Positions 1-8,842 of a stretch of 64,000 nt of DNA are shown here, piece after piece. Position 1 is the first letter of the stretch. Each line of letters starts with the position of its first letter. The notes below the pieces were generated by a model that saw only the letters and a list, made by a program, of their open reading frames with translations, did no database searches and was not told the DNA's origin. Location of the stretch: assembly GCA_027452205.1 (NCBI GenBank), contig DAIDGV010000015.1:11111-75110 (forward strand). Reading direction: 5' to 3'. This DNA is from a candidate division FCPU426 bacterium. GTDB lineage: Bacteria > Oederibacteriota > Muellerivitia > Muellerivitales > Muellerivitaceae. The position numbers and the translations under genes were made by a program.

Positions 1-1188
1 TTTTTTTTGACCAACCGGTTGGACACGGTCATTCGAGTTATCGGCATACCAAGCGTAATCCTTCAATTGCCCCGGATCCTCCCCAAAAAAATAACTCGTG
101 TCCGTGCCGCCTCGGGCCGCTTTTTCCCATTCCGCTTCGGTCGGCAGTCGTTTTCCAGCCCAGCGGCAGTAAGCATCCGCATCACCCCATTTGATGTTGA
201 TCACGGGATTCTTTCCCCTGCCCCAGCCGTTATCCTGCGCTGGATCACGGCCTGTGGCTTCACAGAACTTATCATATTGGTCAAAGGTGACCAGATATTT
301 ATCCATGTAAAAAGCGCTCACCCAAACCTTGTGTTGGGGATGTTCATCCGAATTGCCTTTGCCCGATGGCGAACCCATCATGAAATCACCTGCCGGGATC
401 AATGCCATTTGGGAAAGATCTGTATCTTTATCTTTCTTTTGGTCAGGCGTTTCCGCTGGCATAGGTTTGTTGGCCTCCTTATCGACTGGTTCAGGCGATG
501 GTGTCTCTTTGACCACATCATCCGGGTTTGCGGACGATGCCGACGGGCTTGAAGCCGAAGAAAACGAAGGCAATTGGATGACCTTGATCCCCTGGGAATT
601 AGCGGGCATTTGCAAAACGATGATATTGCTTCCCGAAGGCAAGGGTATCATTTGCACCCCCGAGGAAGCCGAGACTTCCTGGACAACTTTTAGTCCGCTA
701 TTGGCTCCTTGTTGAATAAATTCCAGACCTTTGCCGCCAGGCATTTCTTCAATAAAGGTCAAACCCGACTGGGAACTCGGCAGTTTTTGTAAGGTTTTCA
801 AGCCCGAAGAAGGTGCGGGTATCTGCGTTTGCAACTGCGGTTTTCCCATAGGCGGAGGCGGTGATTGGACCAGCTTCAATCCCGAAGCGGTCACAAGAGA
901 CCCATCTGACGGCTTTACGGACGGCGACCCCATTTCCGCAGGCGGAGCACCTCGCGGAATCCTTTGCTCATTTGACGAATTGAACTCGGATCCAGCCCGA
1001 TTGGATGACCAGTTCAACTTGGGTCCACAAGAGCGGAAGAACAACCAGACAAGCCCAACGATCAAAATCAGGATAATGAACGAACGACCGGGGCGCTTTT
1101 TGTTCTTTTTCTGGAAGTTATAACTGCATTGATAACAAAAATGAGCGTCGCGACGGTTCTCGGTTTGGCATCGAGGGCAATAGATCAA
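1..1188 (-). CDS. Zinc-ribbon + TM + Pro/Ser-rich linker + formylglycine-generating enzyme (FGE/SUMF1)-family domain protein, 3' end outside window
   Basis: Not in ORF track because it runs off the window. Manual translation from TTG 1188: LIYCPRCQTENRRDAHFCYQC...FIILILIVGLVWLFF...MALIPAGDFMMGS...EHPQHKV...AYCRWAGKRLPTEAEWEKAARGG, the classic FGE-sulfatase motifs. Start codon uncertain. Confidence 0.85.
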   Translation of the reverse strand, partial: MIYCPRCQTENRRDAHFCYQCSYNFQKKNKKRPGRSFIILILIVGLVWLFFRSCGPKLNWSSNRAGSEFNSSNEQRIPRGAPPAEMGSPSVKPSDGSLVTASGLKLVQSPPPPMGKPQLQTQIPAPSSGLKTLQKLPSSQSGLTFIEEMPGGKGLEFIQQGANSGLKVVQEVSASSGVQMIPLPSGSNIIVLQMPANSQGIKVIQLPSFSSASSPSASSANPDDVVKETPSPEPVDKEANKPMPAETPDQKKDKDTDLSQMALIPAGDFMMGSPSGKGNSDEHPQHKVWVSAFYMDKYLVTFDQYDKFCEATGRDPAQDNGWGRGKNPVINIKWGDADAYCRWAGKRLPTEAEWEKAARGGTDTSYFFGEDPGQLKDYAWYADNSNDRVQPVGQKK

Positions 1189-1372
1189 GCCATTAACCTT
1201 TGGACAGGGGTGGAGAGGACTTACTGGATCGAACGAAACCCTGATCAGGAGGCTCAAAACAAGGTAAACCTTTAAATCCAGGACCCAATTATAAAAACCC
1301 CTTATTTATTATCAACCTCTATCCACCAAGACCGAGATAACCCTATCTTCGGTCATCGGTTCAGTCCAAATC

Positions 1373-1409
1373 AAAAAGGCCCGGCTCCCCAAGGAGTCGG
1401 GCCTTTTTT
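1373..1409. terminator. Intrinsic terminator downstream of pilT (possibly bidirectional)
   Basis: AAAAAGGCCCGGCTCC-CCAA-GGAGTCGGGCCTTTTTT hairpin with A/T tracts on both sides. Confidence 0.85.
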
Positions 1410-1419
1410 GCAGACTAGC

Positions 1420-2535
1420 TCAGTCAAAGGGTGATTTTTGCTTTTCACGTAGGGCCGCCAGCTTCACGGCCGCCTCTTCTTGGTCTACTAAAGGTTGGAA
1501 CTTCTTCTTTTCATTGGACTTCATATAGGCTTCGTGAGCGGTGATCTTGCCCTCTTCATAGAAATTCATCAGGCACTGATCCATGGTCTGCATCCCCTGC
1601 TTGGCGCCCAACTCGATAAGTGAATTAAGACCGGACACCTTACCGGTTCTTATCAAGTTGGGAAGGCTTTTGTTATAGGTCAAAACCTCGATAGCGGCAC
1701 AACGACCCTTCCCGTCCTTGGTCGGACAAAGCTGTTGGGCCACGATGCCCTTGGTGCTGGAAGCCAGGGCCCCGCGGGCCTTTTCCCGTTCATCCGAAGG
1801 GAAAACATTAATGACGCGGTCAATGGTCTTGGCGGCGGAATTGGTGTGCAGGGTCCCAAAGACCAGAATGCCCATTTCCGCGGCGGCAATGGCCAAGGAG
1901 ATGGTTTCATAATCGCGCATTTCACCGACCAGGATGATATCCGGGTCTTGGCGCATGGAAGAACGCAGCGCCGCCTTGAACGAATGGGTGTCCCGATGCA
2001 CTTCCCGCTGGGTTATCTTGCACTTTTTGACCGGATGAACGAATTCGATCGGGTCCTCGATGGTTAGGATGTTCCCTTCCCGGTTATCATTGATCTCGTC
2101 GATCATGGCCGCCAAGGTCGTGGATTTACCCGAGCCAGTGGGGCCGGTAACGAGGATCAATCCCCGCTTTACTTTACAAAGTTCCCGGACCACCGGTGGC
2201 ATCCCTAGCTGTTCAAGGGTCAGGATCTTGGTCGGAATGGTACGGAAAACCGCGGCAATACCTTGTTGGTTGAAAAAGACATTGCAACGGAAACGGGCAA
2301 CCCCCGGCACCTCATAGGCATAGTCGTAATCATGCCTTTGCCAGCACAACTGCCATTGTTCCGGGCTCATGGTTTCATACAACAGCCCTTGCAGCATTTC
2401 TTCCGTTAGGACCCAGTCTGCCAGGGGCACCAATTCCCCTTTGGCACGCAAAAGAGGTTGATTACCTACCGTTAAATGCATATCGGAGGCTTTGCGTTCC
2501 ACCATCGTGCGGAAGAGGTCGTCAATGGCCGCCAT
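1420..2535 (-). CDS. pilT: Type IV pilus retraction ATPase PilT family
   Basis: ASDMHL, Walker A GPTGSGKST, TIEDPIE, QDPDIILVGEMRD, GTLHTNSA. Confidence 0.93.
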   Translation of the reverse strand: MAAIDDLFRTMVERKASDMHLTVGNQPLLRAKGELVPLADWVLTEEMLQGLLYETMSPEQWQLCWQRHDYDYAYEVPGVARFRCNVFFNQQGIAAVFRTIPTKILTLEQLGMPPVVRELCKVKRGLILVTGPTGSGKSTTLAAMIDEINDNREGNILTIEDPIEFVHPVKKCKITQREVHRDTHSFKAALRSSMRQDPDIILVGEMRDYETISLAIAAAEMGILVFGTLHTNSAAKTIDRVINVFPSDEREKARGALASSTKGIVAQQLCPTKDGKGRCAAIEVLTYNKSLPNLIRTGKVSGLNSLIELGAKQGMQTMDQCLMNFYEEGKITAHEAYMKSNEKKKFQPLVDQEEAAVKLAALREKQKSPFD

Positions 2536-3569
2536 TAGCTTTCCTCCGCCAAAATTTCATCCGCTTGGACCTGGGTGATCTTTTTGGCCGCCACCAGTTC
2601 TTTGAGGGCAGTTTCCATGGTCTGCATGCCGATCGCGCCGCCAGTGGAGATCATTGAGGGTATCTTGAAATAATCCCCTTCCCGGATCACATTGGCCATG
2701 GCCAGGGTGTTCACCAATATTTCAAAGGCCGGGACCATCGCAGTTCCTTCGGAATTGATGAGAAGACGCTGAGAAACAATACCCACTAAGCTTTCCGAAA
2801 GACTGGCCACCGCTTGGGATTGCTCCGATGCCGGGAACAGATTGACCACCCGGGAGATAGTCGCCGCCGCCGACCCCGTGTGCAAGGTGCCGATGACCAA
2901 GTGGCCCGTTTCTGCCGCGGTCAGGGCCAGACTCATGGTCTCATAATCGCGCATTTCCCCCACCATAATGATGTCCGGGTCCTCGCGCAAAGCGCTTCGC
3001 AAGGCCGAAGCGAAGGTTTCCGTATGCGGGCCCACGCTGCGTTGGTTGACCAGTGATTTTTTTCGTTTGTGGAGGAACTCGATCGGATCCTCGATGGTGA
3101 TGATATGTTCTTCGCTTTCATCATTCATATAATCGACCAGTGCCGCGCAGGTGGTTGACTTGCCCGACCGTCCCGGGCCCGTGATGAGGATCAGTCCTTG
3201 ATTGGCGTCGGAGAATCTTTTTAGGATGGGTGGCAATCCCATCTCGTCGATGGACATCACCCTGGAACTAAAATGACGGAAAACCGCGTCCAGGCCCTTC
3301 CGCTGGCGGTAAATGTTCACACGGAAGCGTTCCCCATTTTCCATGGCATAGGCCGTATCCAGTTCCCAATCCTGGGCCAGTTTGGCCTTCATGTTATCGT
3401 CGAGTATCTCCATGATGAGCTTGTCGCATTCGGTCGCGGAAAGGGGTTGGGGTGTAATGGGTTGCAAACGGCCCAATTGACGCACGAAAACCGGCGCTTC
3501 GGAAGCGATGTGAAGGTCCGAACCCTTACGGGAAATACAAGCTTGGAGGTATTTATCGATCTGGGCCAT
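2535..3569 (-). CDS. pilT: Second PilT/PilU-family retraction ATPase
   Basis: GSDLHI, GPGRSGKST, TIEDPIE, LREDPDIIMVGEMRD, TAAETGHLVIGTLHT; stop overlaps next ATG by 1 nt. Confidence 0.9.
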   Translation of the reverse strand: MAQIDKYLQACISRKGSDLHIASEAPVFVRQLGRLQPITPQPLSATECDKLIMEILDDNMKAKLAQDWELDTAYAMENGERFRVNIYRQRKGLDAVFRHFSSRVMSIDEMGLPPILKRFSDANQGLILITGPGRSGKSTTCAALVDYMNDESEEHIITIEDPIEFLHKRKKSLVNQRSVGPHTETFASALRSALREDPDIIMVGEMRDYETMSLALTAAETGHLVIGTLHTGSAAATISRVVNLFPASEQSQAVASLSESLVGIVSQRLLINSEGTAMVPAFEILVNTLAMANVIREGDYFKIPSMISTGGAIGMQTMETALKELVAAKKITQVQADEILAEES

Positions 3570-3673
3570 GGCTCTTTCGAACCGCCGAAGGATGAAGTGA
3601 ACTTAGGAAGGATTATAAAGTAAAAAGGCCGGCAACACTGGAGAATTTGTCGTTTTAGTACCGGAATAGATGA

Positions 3674-4060
3674 TCAGCGCTTGGGGCCCTTTTTGCGCAT
3701 GCTCTCAAACACCTGCTTCATGATAACGTCTTGGACCTCTTTGTCCATATCTACGAATGAGATCCGGTCATAGTGGTGGGTAATACCGTTGATGACCACG
3801 TCCTCACCGCCGACCACTTTGCCAATAACATAGGCTGGCATTCCGTCCGGCAACTCGATCTCCATGTCCAACTTGGAATCGAGTGGGCTATGTTTGCTGA
3901 CGCTGAACTTGAGACCACCTACCGATATATCCCGGCTGCGGCCAACATTGAAATTGCTGCGGAAGATGGAATCGTTCCTGAAGTTGCGGTATTTAACAGG
4001 AACCGTCAGTTCTACGCGGACAAAACGGCGTTTTTCCTGCCTCTTCGGTTGTTCTTCCAT
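3674..4060 (-). CDS. PilZ domain c-di-GMP-binding protein
   Basis: RRFVR (RxxxR) and DISVGG (DxSxxG) motifs. Confidence 0.88.
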   Translation of the reverse strand: MEEQPKRQEKRRFVRVELTVPVKYRNFRNDSIFRSNFNVGRSRDISVGGLKFSVSKHSPLDSKLDMEIELPDGMPAYVIGKVVGGEDVVINGITHHYDRISFVDMDKEVQDVIMKQVFESMRKKGPKR

Positions 4061-4165
4061 GACATTTCCTTATTCATACAACGCTGCGACCATTTAACTG
4101 ACATTTTACAAAATACAGCCTAGTTCGGCCACTTATATGGGCAAATAAGATAAAGGCAAGCGTTG

Positions 4166-5998
4166 TTACTGACCTTTGAATTCGACCGTACGGCTATTTC
4201 CATAATCGCTGACAAAAACGTTGGGCGGAACGGCATTATCCACCGCGATACCAATGGGCACATTGGCATTGAATGAGAAAGAACTGATGTTCGAGGAAGG
4301 ACTTGCACCCCACTCCGCCACATAGGACGGCGATGTTAGGTTGGAAATGTTCCACTCAACCACGCTGAACGAAGAGGACATATTAGCGATAAAAAGCTTT
4401 CCATTTCCGTTCAAAGCGATGCCCGAGGGCGAGACAAACAAGTTGCCCGAATTAAGCTTGTCATAACTCCAAGAGCCCAGCGTGCTACCCGTGCTGTTGA
4501 ACAAAGAAACCTTGTTCGCACTTGTATCCGCGACATAAAGATAGGTCACACCGCCCGACAAAGTAACAGCGATGCCATAGGCCGTGCAACCCGCTGTTGT
4601 TAACAGACCAGCCCCTGGCACAGAGTATGATCCACCCACAAACCCCATGACGTTATCAGTACAGACCGTTGTTCCCACAATATCGGTACCAAACACATCA
4701 TTGCTACTGTCCGAGGCCATGCCATAGGGAAAAATCCAATCCCCACTTGGAGCATAAGAAGAATAATACGAGGGCGAATTGTAACCTGATGGATAAGCAC
4801 TCGCGGAACTCCCGATATAGGCACTACCAGGCACACCACTGCTAGGAAAAGCCAAGACCAACCCCGGTGTCGGAAAGGACTTAACGATCGTGGCCCCGCC
4901 ATTCATCACCGCCAAACCACCCCCAAAAGAATAACTTGGTGTAGAAGCTATGAGTTCTAACCCAGCCGTGGCCACCGGCGATGGAGTCGGACTCATATTG
5001 AAACCTTCGATCCAGCTATTCGTGGCATTGTTGTAATTCGTGTAAAGGATCGTCGCCGCACCGTTCGCAGGACCCGAGACCGCCAAACCGCTTGAAGGGG
5101 TCGCATTCGGAAGGACAAAGATGGACAGAACATTGCTAGCCAAGTCCGCCGTGGTCTGTTCATAAGCGCAGTAAGACAAAGTTGTGTTCACCCGGAAAGT
5201 GAAACTGGGCCCTGTAGTGGAACCATTCCCCACGCTGGTTACCTGTAGCCAGGCATATCCCACTCCATGGAGCTTGCAGCAATAAACATCGTTCAAGGCC
5301 AAGGGATAACTGCTTGCCGAAGCACCACTTCCGGTCAAGACAAAGGATTTCGAGGTGCTGGAATTGATCTCAAAATTGTTCGTCGGTGGCACCGTCAAAT
5401 AGTTGGCCATCACCCCCGTGCCCATGTAAGCGATTCCCACAACGCCGCTGGCGTTCGCTAATTGATAACCCTGCGCACCCATATAGAGGCATTCAATATC
5501 ATTGCTTGCGGCGGTCGAGCTGACAGTATTGGTCTCAAAGTTGTAATAATTATTCTGGGGCAAGGCAGTCACTTCATAACAACCTTTATTCAAAGGTCCC
5601 AACTCCATGGAAAGAACGCCGGAATTAAGCGGTGCCGCAGCCACGGCCAAGGCCTGTCCACTGCTGGTATCGGCTATTTCCACGGAAATGGTTTGATAGG
5701 TCACATGGCTTCCCAAGCTGACGGGAAAGCTGAACGTTCCACTGACACCGGAGGCTGAAAGCGGCCCATAGCTGCCCGTTACCGAGGTGCCCGCGCCGCT
5801 GACGTTGTAATAGATCGTGTTTTGAGAAGCGCCCACGAACTGCACGCCTGAGTGATTATTGGAAGAAAGCTGGACATTCAAGACCCCCGACCCTGCGGGA
5901 GCGCTTGGTTGGGTTCCTTTACCGCATCCCCAAAAGAGGATCGCCGGGGTCACTGTCAGAAAAAACACTGCCAAAACCAATTTGGTCTTCATAGGCAC
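4166..5998 (-). CDS. Ser/Thr/Gly-rich lipoprotein with C-terminal NHL-like beta-propeller repeats
   Basis: Signal peptide with lipobox-like LFWGC; C-terminal PYGMASD, YGIAV...LYVADT, PSGIAL...LFIAN, PIGIAVD...VFVSDYGNSR. Confidence 0.72.
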   Translation of the reverse strand: MPMKTKLVLAVFFLTVTPAILFWGCGKGTQPSAPAGSGVLNVQLSSNNHSGVQFVGASQNTIYYNVSGAGTSVTGSYGPLSASGVSGTFSFPVSLGSHVTYQTISVEIADTSSGQALAVAAAPLNSGVLSMELGPLNKGCYEVTALPQNNYYNFETNTVSSTAASNDIECLYMGAQGYQLANASGVVGIAYMGTGVMANYLTVPPTNNFEINSSTSKSFVLTGSGASASSYPLALNDVYCCKLHGVGYAWLQVTSVGNGSTTGPSFTFRVNTTLSYCAYEQTTADLASNVLSIFVLPNATPSSGLAVSGPANGAATILYTNYNNATNSWIEGFNMSPTPSPVATAGLELIASTPSYSFGGGLAVMNGGATIVKSFPTPGLVLAFPSSGVPGSAYIGSSASAYPSGYNSPSYYSSYAPSGDWIFPYGMASDSSNDVFGTDIVGTTVCTDNVMGFVGGSYSVPGAGLLTTAGCTAYGIAVTLSGGVTYLYVADTSANKVSLFNSTGSTLGSWSYDKLNSGNLFVSPSGIALNGNGKLFIANMSSSFSVVEWNISNLTSPSYVAEWGASPSSNISSFSFNANVPIGIAVDNAVPPNVFVSDYGNSRTVEFKGQ

Positions 5999-6139
5999 CT
6001 TGGAGAAATGGTCTGTAGAACGTTCGAAGGCAATTCTATCGCTCCTCTATTCCCCGTCAATGAGAAAGGCCCACGGAAAACCCCGGGAAGGAAAGGATTT
6101 ACCCGCCTTTTACCTGTTTTGAGGTCTTATCTAGATTCT

Positions 6140-8176
6140 TTATTTCAAAACCGGGAAGGCGGTGATCCTCAGGCGTGTCGATCCATAAGGTACCAACGTC
6201 AGCTTTTCCAACGGAGCCATGCTTTGGACCGGGCTTTGAGGCGGGGGAGCCGCAGCGCCTTGGGATGCCTGCCAATCCTGTAGCAATTTTCCTTGGACTG
6301 ACACCTGCAAAGGTTCATTCCCAGGTTCGAAAGGATTCCCTTTCAAGGATTTTTGGGTCAATTGCAGGGATCTTTTCAAATTTCCAGTATCAATGGATAA
6401 GGCATAGTTCCAAGGACTTTCGGGGCCCGCCGACAGATCGTATTTTTTCTGTCCTTTTGGCTCGTAAGGAAAGGGTTCGAAATTCATCCAACGGGTCTTG
6501 ATACCTAAGCTATAGATCAGCGGTCCCCTTTCGATACTGATCGAATCCTGATACCACTTTCGAACATGAAAAGACATCGGCAGTCGAAGGGTCACCGTTT
6601 GCGTATCGTTCCATTGACGGTTCAGTTTGTAAAAGGTACCCGGGGCCAAGGACCCCTGACTGGCTTCCGGCAGTTTTATAGAAGCGTCTTTCGTCCACTC
6701 CGGTATCCGGAAATAGATGGGAAAGGTCACAGCCCGTTGGGTCGTTATCCGAAAGGTGATCGTATCGTCGAAAGGATAATCGGTCACTTCCTCGATCTTG
6801 ACCGGCACTCCACTTACCCGGGTCTCCACCACATTAGGCGCGTAAACCACCGCCGCCAATCCTCCATCGGGCGAGGCCATCCATAAGTGGGATGTCAGTT
6901 TGGGCCAGCCCTGGTGCATATTCGCGGTACAGCATCCGTAGTGAGGCTCCAGTCCGAAAAGATTGCCGCCGCTAGAAACCGTGGCGTAAATGGGGTGGTC
7001 AATAAAAGCACTGATCACCTGGTTGGATTGTTCCACATACTGATGCTGCCAATAATCCGGGGTGCAAGCGGCAGGCAAGGAGTTGTAGGCTACTTTTTCT
7101 AGTCGATCCGCATAGCGCACATCCCCGGTAATGGAAAGGTCGTTTTCTAACGAGAACATCATTTCAACAATGGCGCAAAGTTCCGTACCCTGGGATGGAT
7201 TCACCCCCGCCAAACATTCATCGCCGCTGAAAAGTTCATTCGGCTCGCCATGGTAACGATCCAATTGTTCAATGGCCCGCCAAGCTAGTTTTTTATACCT
7301 TTCATCCCCCGTCAGCCGATAAAGCAAGGCGGGCACTTTCAGACCCATGGCATTGTTCACCACATGCCCACCCCAGGTCCAACCTTCCGATTTGTGCTTG
7401 ACCGGCAGGTCCCAAAAGTGATGGGTCCAGTCATAGCCTTGATTGGCGGCCTTTACCGCCGCGTCCAACAGCCAAGGTTCCTTGGTATGGTCATAAAGCC
7501 AATAAAGGGTCATCACATAATCGCCCCAGCGGAAATAATTCCATGAGAACAAATGACGTTGATCCAATTGAACATCGATGTTGCGGGCGGACCGTTCCAT
7601 CGCCGGCAAGACCCTCGGGTCTTGGGTGGCTTCCTGATATTGGGCGAGCACTTTGAGGATGATGAATTCGGGCCAGGGATCCCGTGGCGCGTTGGGGGGC
7701 GCGTGGGTTCCGGTCGCTGGCTGCCCGACCTGGGGCCCTAACCACCCATCGGCCGTTTGGTGGGCCAAGATATAATCGACCCAGCGTTTCACTTTAGCTT
7801 TCAGTTTGGCGTCATCGATCAGGTAAGCCATAGGCACCAAACCGTCCAACCAATAAGGCGCCCTTTCCCATCCCTCCGCCTTACCGCCGATCCAACCGCT
7901 ATCCTTCACGTCAGGCCAAAATTCATCCAAGTGTCCGGTCAACCCGGAGGCTTGAAGTCTCAACTGTCCCAAAAGCCAGCCTTGCGGCTTCACCTCCCCC
8001 AAAGGCAGGGTGGAAAAAGCGGGTGGCACCAAGCTTTCCAACCGAGAGTCTTTGCCCGGCATCCCTTCGTAATGATCATAAAGCCACCATCCCAACGTCC
8101 CGAACAGGACCAGGGCAAAGACCGACAGGAACCAAAACCATTTTGGTTTATGGGAGGGCGGGGGATTTTCAACCAT
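6140..8176 (-). CDS. Membrane-anchored glycoside hydrolase family 127 (beta-L-arabinofuranosidase-like)
   Basis: N-terminal TM helix; GWERAPYW, HVVN, TELCAIVE, YGCCTANMHQGWPK, RGPLIY, LVPYG motifs. Confidence 0.85.
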   Translation of the reverse strand: MVENPPPSHKPKWFWFLSVFALVLFGTLGWWLYDHYEGMPGKDSRLESLVPPAFSTLPLGEVKPQGWLLGQLRLQASGLTGHLDEFWPDVKDSGWIGGKAEGWERAPYWLDGLVPMAYLIDDAKLKAKVKRWVDYILAHQTADGWLGPQVGQPATGTHAPPNAPRDPWPEFIILKVLAQYQEATQDPRVLPAMERSARNIDVQLDQRHLFSWNYFRWGDYVMTLYWLYDHTKEPWLLDAAVKAANQGYDWTHHFWDLPVKHKSEGWTWGGHVVNNAMGLKVPALLYRLTGDERYKKLAWRAIEQLDRYHGEPNELFSGDECLAGVNPSQGTELCAIVEMMFSLENDLSITGDVRYADRLEKVAYNSLPAACTPDYWQHQYVEQSNQVISAFIDHPIYATVSSGGNLFGLEPHYGCCTANMHQGWPKLTSHLWMASPDGGLAAVVYAPNVVETRVSGVPVKIEEVTDYPFDDTITFRITTQRAVTFPIYFRIPEWTKDASIKLPEASQGSLAPGTFYKLNRQWNDTQTVTLRLPMSFHVRKWYQDSISIERGPLIYSLGIKTRWMNFEPFPYEPKGQKKYDLSAGPESPWNYALSIDTGNLKRSLQLTQKSLKGNPFEPGNEPLQVSVQGKLLQDWQASQGAAAPPPQSPVQSMAPLEKLTLVPYGSTRLRITAFPVLK

Positions 8177-8242
8177 GTCGAGAGGACCTCAAACCGTTAT
8201 GGAAAGCGCACCATTAAAGCACTTTTGAGGCACATCCGGGTA

Positions 8243-8459
8243 GGGGCTCCAATAAAAAACCCCTGGAGTCCTGTGGGCACCAAGGGTTTTTGTGTTCAGC
8301 TTCACATCTATTCAATTGTCCCTACTTTTAGACTCCTCAACTGAATAATAAGCCCAAACAACTCTTCAGCCTCATCACAACTTTGAAAAGCGACCCTTTT
8401 CTGGTTGCCGGACCCATGCCGGCTAACGCCCTGTGTGGCGCCGTCTGAAGGATCCCCCT
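8243..8459 (-). ncRNA. Candidate structured non-coding RNA or attenuating leader, family not recognised
   Basis: Nested stems CUUCAG/CUGAAG, AGGGCG/CGCUUU, GCCGG/CCGGC, a 10-bp hairpin UAUUCAGUUG/CAAUUGAAUA, then a terminator. Mismatches resolve to G-U only on the minus strand. Confidence 0.4.
8254..8291 (-). terminator. Intrinsic terminator about 77 nt upstream of the GH127 start
   Basis: Minus strand AAAAACCCUUGG...CCAGGGGUUUUUU. Confidence 0.7.
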
Positions 8460-8537
8460 CTTCATATCAAGATAGACAGCGGGCTCTATTTTGTTTATGA
8501 CCATGGTCAGGATTCAGCAATTTTTTATCGGGGTCTT

Positions 8538-8765
8538 ATGAGCGAATACGTCTGTCTTCAGTGTGGAAAAGAATTGGAATACGATTGGGCCCCTTGCCCG
8601 AACTGCGGGTGGAAACCGCCCGAACCTTGGGAAATCACCCAAGAAGACGAAGAGTTTTACGAAGAAAAGATCACTCTCGATAAACCCCGGCCCTGGGTCC
8701 AAATAACCACCTGGCTCCTTTTAGCACTTGGTCTTTTAGGGTTGATCCTCTTTTTGGCCCGGTAA
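8538..8765 (+). CDS. Small zinc-ribbon protein with C-terminal TM helix
   Basis: ATG 8538: MSEYVCLQCG...CPNCGW, acidic linker, WLLLALGLLGLILFLAR. Confidence 0.75.
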   Translation: MSEYVCLQCGKELEYDWAPCPNCGWKPPEPWEITQEDEEFYEEKITLDKPRPWVQITTWLLLALGLLGLILFLAR

Positions 8766-8842
8766 GAAGAACAAAACCCGGTTATAATGCGTGCCATCTC
8801 TTAGCTTTTTGGCCTCAAATCCCTATTTATAGGTCGGCTAAA

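Noticed and set aside
7..1123. Plus-strand ORFs 7..552, 329..715 and 731..1123
   Set aside because: Shadows of the minus-strand FGE-family gene that runs off the window.
8243..8522. c-di-AMP (ydaO) riboswitch or T-box, suggested by GCUGAAUC...GAGGGGGAUCC...GUAGGG and overall layout
   Set aside because: The conserved 3' CAGCUAAC...GUAGGC block and the T-box UGGNACC motif are absent; kept only as an unassigned RNA.
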